Under the pieces are notes generated by a model. It ran no database searches and was not told the origin of the DNA. It saw only the letters and a program-made list of their open reading frames with translations. The translations under genes and the position numbers were made by a program. Shown here piece by piece: positions 58,243 to 64,000 of a stretch of DNA of 64,000 nucleotides. Where the stretch lies: positions 5,056,001 to 5,120,000 of the forward strand of contig OY760175.1 in assembly GCA_963663165.1 (NCBI GenBank). Direction: 5' to 3'. The stretch is from an uncultured Desulfospira sp. Lineage in GTDB: Bacteria > Desulfobacterota > Desulfobacteria > Desulfobacterales > Desulfobacteraceae. Every line of letters starts with the position of its first letter. Within the stretch, counting starts at the first letter, position 1.

Positions 58243-59118
58243 TTAGATCAGGTTATCTTTTCTTAATGCTTCCACAATGCGCAATGTAGAATAATCCCGG
58301 TTCATGGTGTACAGGTGCAGGCCTGGAATCTTTTTTTCCAAAAGGCCCCGGCACTGGGCAACGGCATAGTCTACCCCAAGGTCCAGCACGGCCTGGGCGT
58401 TGTCCGGGTCTGAGTTGTCCATTTTTTCTTGAAGGTCAGACGGGATGCTGGTCCCGCAGACATTGGACAGGATTTTGGTCAGCTTGAGGGTGTACACGGG
58501 CATGATGCCTGGGATAATGGGGATGGTCACGCCGGCTTTCCGGCATTTATCCACATAGGAAAAAAAGAACTCATTGTCATAAAAATACTGGACCACTGCG
58601 TATTCCGCGCCGTTATCCTGTTTAAGCTTTAAATATTCTATGTCTGATTCCAGGCTTTTGGCTTCAATGTGGCCCTCAGGGTATCCGGCGCATCCCAAGG
58701 AAAAATCATACTTGGATTTAATAAAGGCTATGAGGTCAGAGGCATGGGCAAAACTGTCCGGATGGGGGGTGAAATCCTTGTCCCTGGGCTGGTCTCCCCG
58801 GATGACAAAGATGGTTTTAACCCCAAGGTCCTGGTACCGGTTCAGCACCTGGCAGATGTCATCGGGACCTAAGCCGAATCCGGCAATATAGGCCACGGTG
58901 GGCAGTTTTTTGCCGGTCATCAGGGTGTTGACCGTATCATAGGACCCATCCCGGGTGGATCCCCCGGCCCCGAAGGTAACACTGAAATAGTCCGGGTTCA
59001 GGGGGGCTAATTTGTCCACGACCTGGTTAAAGGATGTCTGGGTTTTCTCGTCCCTGTAGGGGAAAAATTCAAATGAGAGTGCGGGTTGTTTGGTCTGGTA
59101 TAATTCTGGTACGCGCAT
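58243..59118 (-). CDS. metF: 5,10-methylenetetrahydrofolate reductase
   Basis: SFEFFP, SVTFGAGG, IRGD, AGYPEGH, PIIPGIMP, LHLYTMN. Confidence 0.92.
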   Translation of the reverse strand: MRVPELYQTKQPALSFEFFPYRDEKTQTSFNQVVDKLAPLNPDYFSVTFGAGGSTRDGSYDTVNTLMTGKKLPTVAYIAGFGLGPDDICQVLNRYQDLGVKTIFVIRGDQPRDKDFTPHPDSFAHASDLIAFIKSKYDFSLGCAGYPEGHIEAKSLESDIEYLKLKQDNGAEYAVVQYFYDNEFFFSYVDKCRKAGVTIPIIPGIMPVYTLKLTKILSNVCGTSIPSDLQEKMDNSDPDNAQAVLDLGVDYAVAQCRGLLEKKIPGLHLYTMNRDYSTLRIVEALRKDNLI

Positions 59119-59345
59119 CAGGCGTCCTCCTTTTTAAAGTTGCCTTTCCCATAAGGGAGGGTTGTTATGTTCAGCGGAAAACCATGTTTCCACAGGTTTC
59201 AGGATAAGGAATGTAGCAAAATTTATGCCTGATGGCGATGCTTTGTTTAACTGTCTGAAAAATAAAGTTTTATTTTATCTCTGTGCCAGTCGATGAAATG
59301 CGAAACTGACACTTTCAGGGTTGCGGGTCGCATCCAGGTGCAACT

Positions 59346-59469
59346 CAATGTCATTAACTTAAGCGTTAATACAAGACCCTGGAAACAAGAAACAAGGGGG
59401 CGAAGTGCCGTTGGCTTGCATTTTATAAACCCTATATGCACTGCCAAATTTCTTAAGTTAATGGCATTG
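59346..59469. mobile_element. 124-bp MITE (family A) with 18-bp terminal inverted repeats
   Basis: CAATGTCATTAACTTAAG ... CTTAAGTTAATGGCATTG; flanks AGGTGCAACT / ATGTGTAACT (8 of 10 match). Confidence 0.75.
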
Positions 59470-59746
59470 ATGTGTAACTGTTTATGGGCATCATAGGGCC
59501 TCGCTATTTTTTGGAGGAAGCCCTATCCAAGCATAGGGAAAAATTTTCCTTGCCTGTGTCAAGGTATAAGCCGAAACAGTGTCAGATTTTTGGCGCTGAT
59601 CAGGAAAAGCCGTTTTGATGAACTCAAAAAATATCGATAATTTTTTGAGAATTGATGCCGTAAACCCCTATTTATTGAAGGTTTTTTATATCTTTCTTTT
59701 AAACCGGCAACCGGTTGGCCTGCCGGTTTTCTATTTGCTTCTTTCC

Positions 59747-59762
59747 TGGCATCTATATTGCA
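59747..59762 (+). promoter_or_regulatory. sigma54 promoter of the flgFGAHI operon
   Basis: TGGCATCTATATTGCA. Confidence 0.8.
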
Positions 59763-59795
59763 TTTTTTTATGAATAAGGTCTGAATTAGGCCTGA

Positions 59796-59888
59796 ATAAC
59801 GGCCACGGGCCGCCTTGGTTATCCAACCAAGAACCGCCCACAACAAATAATGAAAGTCTTCTTAGGATGTTAGTGAGACTTTCATATA
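59796..59888 (-). repeat. Repeat family B copy in the flgF leader
   Basis: Reverse complement of the 25224-25371 unit and linker hairpin. Confidence 0.85.
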
Positions 59889-60025
59889 AAAAAAGACTGA
59901 ATTACGGCCATTCTCTGAAGGGTATAAAACCGTTCCATGCCGGGATGGTTAATCCAATACAGCATGGCATGGCCCATGAGAGAACAGCCAGCAGCAATCG
60001 GCCAACCAAAGATCAAGGGGGAAAA

Positions 60026-60721
60026 ATGATTCTGGAAATGACCCGGCCGGTACAAGGCGGGTTGCGGCAGGACCGGAAGCTGGAAGCGGTTTCCAATAAT
60101 TTGGCCAATGTGGATACCACCGGCTATAAAAAAGACCTGGTCAGCTTTGACAAAGCGTTTAAGGCCCAGCTCAATAAGGATTTTGCCCAGGGGGACGTCA
60201 CGGATACGGGCAACCCTTTGGACATGGCCATTGCCGGGGAGGGGTTTTTCAAAGTGGATACGGATCAGGGAATTCAGTACACCCGAAGCGGGGATTTCAG
60301 TCTGGACAGCACCGGGACTCTGGTGGATCAGTCCGGTAATCCGGTTCTGGGGCAGGGCGGCCCTATTGTTATTGATGTATTGGCAGCCGGCGGCCAGGAC
60401 CCCCAGGTAAACGAAGGCGGTGAAATAACAGTGAACGGGGAGATCGTGGATACCCTGGATGTGGTCACCTTTGCTGATTTGACAAAGATGGAAAGAGGCT
60501 CGGGCAACCTTCTGGCCTATACCGGGCCCACCACCGATGAAATGGTTCCGCAAATCGTTTATGTAAAGCATCGGAGCCTGGAAAAATCCAATGTCCGGGT
60601 GGTGGATGAAATGGTGAAGATGGTGGATTACAACCGGATGTTTGAAACCTTTACAAAATCCATGCTCACCTTTGATGAAATAGACAACAAGGCGGTTAAC
60701 GATATTGCCGGGCCTATTTAA
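60026..60721 (+). CDS. flgF: Flagellar basal-body rod protein FlgF
   Basis: SNNLANVDTTGYKK, TGNPLDMAI.GEGFF, YTRSG, LEKSNV; precedes flgG. Confidence 0.88.
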   Translation: MILEMTRPVQGGLRQDRKLEAVSNNLANVDTTGYKKDLVSFDKAFKAQLNKDFAQGDVTDTGNPLDMAIAGEGFFKVDTDQGIQYTRSGDFSLDSTGTLVDQSGNPVLGQGGPIVIDVLAAGGQDPQVNEGGEITVNGEIVDTLDVVTFADLTKMERGSGNLLAYTGPTTDEMVPQIVYVKHRSLEKSNVRVVDEMVKMVDYNRMFETFTKSMLTFDEIDNKAVNDIAGPI

Positions 60722-60754
60722 CGGCTAACAGCTAAAAGAAAGCGGGGTGTACCT

Positions 60755-61537
60755 ATGATACGATCACTTTATTCTGCAGCTACGGGCATGAACGCCCAGC
60801 AGATGCAGACCGAAGTTACGGCAAACAACCTGGCCAACTCAAGCACCACCGGATTTAAAAAATCCAGGGCCAATTTCAAGGATCTCATGTACCGGACCCT
60901 GTTGATTGCCGGCCAGACCACGCCCGGCGGAGGCCAGGTTCCCACGGGAATCCAGGTGGGGATGGGGGTAAAGCCTTCAGGGGTTCAGAAAATATGGACC
61001 CAGGGGGATTATACCCAAACCGACAACCAGCTTGATTTTGCCATCCAGGGAGACGGGTTTTTCAGGGTGACCCACGGGGACGAAGACCTGTATACCCGGG
61101 CCGGAAATTTTACCCTGGACAGCGAGGGGTATATCACCACCGCCGACGGGGACCGGCTTCAGCCCGAAATCGCCATTCCCATAGAGGCCACCACCATCAC
61201 CTTAGGGGATGACGGGACCCTGACCATTTTCAGCGATGATGAAGATATTCTTGCCACGGAGGAGATCCCGATCACCATATTTATCAATCCGGCCGGCCTG
61301 TATGCGGTGGGACAGAACCTGTTCCGGCCAACGGAAGGGTCCGGGGAACCCCAGGAAGTGACCCCGGGGGAAGACGGCTCCGGCACCACCTTGAACAACT
61401 ATCTGGAGAGTTCCAATGTCAGCCTGGTGGAAGAAATGGTGAACATGATCATTGGCCAGCGGGCCTATGAGGCCAACTCAAAGTCCATCCAGACCGCTGA
61501 CAGCATGCTGGATACGGTTAACAGCCTGAAACGGTAA
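60755..61537 (+). CDS. flgG: Flagellar basal-body rod protein FlgG
   Basis: MIRSLYSAATGM, ANNLAN, LESSNV, QRAYEANSK. Confidence 0.95.
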   Translation: MIRSLYSAATGMNAQQMQTEVTANNLANSSTTGFKKSRANFKDLMYRTLLIAGQTTPGGGQVPTGIQVGMGVKPSGVQKIWTQGDYTQTDNQLDFAIQGDGFFRVTHGDEDLYTRAGNFTLDSEGYITTADGDRLQPEIAIPIEATTITLGDDGTLTIFSDDEDILATEEIPITIFINPAGLYAVGQNLFRPTEGSGEPQEVTPGEDGSGTTLNNYLESSNVSLVEEMVNMIIGQRAYEANSKSIQTADSMLDTVNSLKR

Positions 61538-61618
61538 TGTTTTAGGCTGAAGGTTGAAAGGCTGAAGACTGAAGGATGAAGGATGAAAACGGCGCGGCTT
61601 GAAAGGACGGGATATGGT

Positions 61619-62602
61619 ATGAAGGGCGTCATTAATTCGAATATCAGGGGTTGCTGTCTGGTGCTTTGCCTTGTTTTTGCCGGGGCGGTGTGGCCGGTTC
61701 AGGTTTATGGGGGAGGGGTTGTCATTACCGTGAAGGCGGACAGTCTGGTTTCAGGGGAAGAGATTCTATTAAAGGATGTGGCAGTCATTGAGGCGGACGG
61801 GCTTGAGGCCCAGGCCTTAGGCAATATCGGCCTGGGCAATTCCCCAAAACCCGGGAAAATAAAATATGTGGACAAGGACCGGCTGGTCCGGATTGTCCAG
61901 TCCAGCAGAATATTTCCGGAAAAGGCTCAGATTGTCTGCCCGGACCGGGTTTATGTTAAGCGGGCCGGCCAGACCCTTGACCGGGAAGTTGTGGTGTCCC
62001 GGGTGGAGGAACTTTTAAAAGACCGCTTCATGAACAGAACGGTGGAAATTGAGGAACTGAGTATCCGGGGGGACGAAACATACCCTGTGGGAGCGCTTGA
62101 CCTTGATGCCGAGTCCCGGGACCCCGTTGACGGGCATGGCCGTCTTTCCTTGTCCATGGACGTTCTGGTGGAGGGGAAACGGCAAGGCTCAATCCGTATC
62201 CGGGGAATGGTCAGTGAATATGTGGATGTGGTCTGTGCCCGACGGGACCTGGCTAAAGACGTGACCCTTTCTGAAAGGGATTTGACCCTGAAAAGGATAA
62301 ATTTATTTGATTTCAAAGACCTGCCTTTAAAGGAAATGGACCGTGCCGTCGGCAAACTGCTCAAAACCCCGGCAAGGTCAGGTGACCCCATAGACCCTTC
62401 CATGTTTAAGAATCTTCCTTTGGTGGAAAAGGGGGAGATGGTCACCATGATTGCCAAAAAAGATTATCTGCATATCCGGACCATGGGAATTGCAAAAGAA
62501 GACGGATATGAAAACCAGCTGGTGGCAGTGGAAAACATCAGCTCCGGAAAAGTGATCCGGGGCGTTGTCCGGGACGGGACGACTGTGGAGATTGTGTATT
62601 AA
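61619..62602 (+). CDS. flgA: Flagellar P-ring chaperone FlgA (start 61583 or 61619)
   Basis: Signal peptide, SAF-like C-terminus LVEKGEMV..G.AKEDG..V.N.SSGK; between flgG and flgH. Confidence 0.85.
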   Translation: MKGVINSNIRGCCLVLCLVFAGAVWPVQVYGGGVVITVKADSLVSGEEILLKDVAVIEADGLEAQALGNIGLGNSPKPGKIKYVDKDRLVRIVQSSRIFPEKAQIVCPDRVYVKRAGQTLDREVVVSRVEELLKDRFMNRTVEIEELSIRGDETYPVGALDLDAESRDPVDGHGRLSLSMDVLVEGKRQGSIRIRGMVSEYVDVVCARRDLAKDVTLSERDLTLKRINLFDFKDLPLKEMDRAVGKLLKTPARSGDPIDPSMFKNLPLVEKGEMVTMIAKKDYLHIRTMGIAKEDGYENQLVAVENISSGKVIRGVVRDGTTVEIVY

Positions 62603-62686
62603 ATAGCTTTTAGCTGTTAGCCATTAGCTTTTAGCAAGCCCGGGATTTTGAGGGGCTAACAGCTAATAGCTAAAAAGGAGATAACA

Positions 62687-63397
62687 ATGAATTTGGAAAG
62701 ACACTGGGGGATGGTGCTGCTGGTATCTCTTATGTTCCTGTCCGGGTGTATGTTTGGGTCTTCGGATATTGAGGCGCCCATTGCAGTTCCGCCGGGGGCG
62801 GTTACCGATCCTGCCCTTGAGCCGGAGTATGAAATCAGTGCACCTGAAGAGGGCTCCTTGTGGGCCGGTAAAAATTCCTCTGCTTTTGAAGATACAAAGG
62901 CCAATTATGTGGGAGACACGGTTATTGTGGATATTGTTGAAAATTCCAGCTCCGAGATGGACGTGAATACCGAGTCCTCCCGGAAAAGTAAAATGGGAAT
63001 CGGCGTGCCCACTTTAAATTTTATGGGGTATACCACACAGCTTGGCGGCGGGGGGGGCAATAATCTGGTGAGTACGGATTTTTCAAGCACCTTTTCCGGG
63101 GAAGGTAAAAATGACCGGAGTGGTAAAGTTACCGCTTCCATTGCAGTCCGTGTAACCGAAGTGCTGCCCAACGGCAACTTAAGCCTTTACGGGCGCAGGG
63201 CCATGAAAGTGGATCATGAAACCCAGTATATTGTGGTGTCCGGCGTTGTCAGGCCCCAGGATATTTCCGCCGGCAACCGGGTTGAATCCACGTATCTGGC
63301 GGATTCGAAAATTGAATATTACGGTAAAGGGGCCCTTTCGGATAAGCAGAAACCCGGCTGGGGCAGCCGGATTATTGAAAATATATGGCCATGGTAG
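62687..63397 (+). CDS. flgH: Flagellar L-ring protein FlgH
   Basis: Lipobox LSGC, GSLW, VGD, VLPNGNL, GVVRPQDI, QKPGW. Confidence 0.94.
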   Translation: MNLERHWGMVLLVSLMFLSGCMFGSSDIEAPIAVPPGAVTDPALEPEYEISAPEEGSLWAGKNSSAFEDTKANYVGDTVIVDIVENSSSEMDVNTESSRKSKMGIGVPTLNFMGYTTQLGGGGGNNLVSTDFSSTFSGEGKNDRSGKVTASIAVRVTEVLPNGNLSLYGRRAMKVDHETQYIVVSGVVRPQDISAGNRVESTYLADSKIEYYGKGALSDKQKPGWGSRIIENIWPW

Positions 63398-63467
63398 CTC
63401 AAAGCGATTAGCCCTTAGCTTTTGGGTTCCTGAATCGGGCTAACAGCTTTATGAGAAAGGATAAAGG

Positions 63468-64000
63468 ATGAAGGACGAAAAAGAAATAATCATGCTGATT
63501 CGGTTTACCCCTGTCCGGTTTCTTTTTTGCACAGTTTTGACACTGGGGCTTTTGATGTGCGGTGAGGCGGCCATGGCGGCAAGGATAAAGGATATGGCGG
63601 CCATCAAGGGTATCCGGTCCAACCAGCTGAGCGGCTATGGCCTGGTGGTGGGATTGAATGGCACGGGAGACAAAACCAATGTCACCTTTACCCGCCAGGC
63701 ATTGGCGAATATGATGGCGAAAATGCATATCCATGTGGACCAGGATAGCCTCAAGGTGAAAAATGTGGCTGCCGTTATCGTTACCGCTGACATTCCACCC
63801 TTTGCCAGGATCGGGGACAGGATTGATTATACGGTATCCTCCATTGGGGACGCCAAAAGCCTGAAAGGCGGGATTCTGCTGCTCACTCCCCTTAAGGGTG
63901 TGGACGGCAATGTTTATGCTCTGGCCCAGGGGCCGGTAAGCCTGGCCATCCCTGAAGGGGTCGGGGACAGGAACAGCCATCTGATGGTGGCCAGAGGAAT
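63468..64000 (+). CDS. flgI: Flagellar P-ring protein FlgI, runs off the window end (absent from the ORF track)
   Basis: Hand translation [48 protein letters not shown]. Confidence 0.94.
   Translation, partial: MKDEKEIIMLIRFTPVRFLFCTVLTLGLLMCGEAAMAARIKDMAAIKGIRSNQLSGYGLVVGLNGTGDKTNVTFTRQALANMMAKMHIHVDQDSLKVKNVAAVIVTADIPPFARIGDRIDYTVSSIGDAKSLKGGILLLTPLKGVDGNVYALAQGPVSLAIPEGVGDRNSHLMVARG

Noticed and set aside
59867..60025. Longer start for flgF in the track
   Set aside because: Begins inside a repeat element; the flagellar motif and RBS fit ATG 60026

Overview
Chromosomal window from an anaerobic deltaproteobacterium; gene content and style suggest Desulfobacteraceae (inference). Housekeeping blocks: rpmH-rnpA-yidD-yidC-jag-mnmE-prmA-like, radical SAM-rng, asnS, fused hisHF, rlhA, class III RNR nrdDG with NrdR boxes, glpK, metF, flgFGAHI, tRNA-Ser(CGA), and a cobalamin-riboswitch-controlled thiC paralog (probably bzaF) with cobT. 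The most unusual part is a ~15 kb catabolic island (about 17.7-32.7 kb). It has four sigma54 promoters and a recurring ATCAAG-N4-CTTGAT palindrome, and encodes its own histidine kinase and NtrC-type activator. Its other genes are a truncated acetyl-CoA-synthase-like protein with a different Cys motif, a CooC-type Ni ATPase, a 2-hydroxyacyl-CoA dehydratase/benzoyl-CoA reductase-like pair with activase, an acyl-CoA dehydrogenase-fold protein lacking the catalytic Glu, an aromatic-type aldehyde dehydrogenase, and an outer-membrane channel. Other observations: a TPR gene with an in-frame TAG, an ISAzo13 element inserted in a GNAT gene, a tRNA-Ser-linked XRE/ImmA-PIN islet, an unexplained attenuator-like leader, and several families of intergenic miniature repeats. 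All calls are by eye from motifs; no searches were run.
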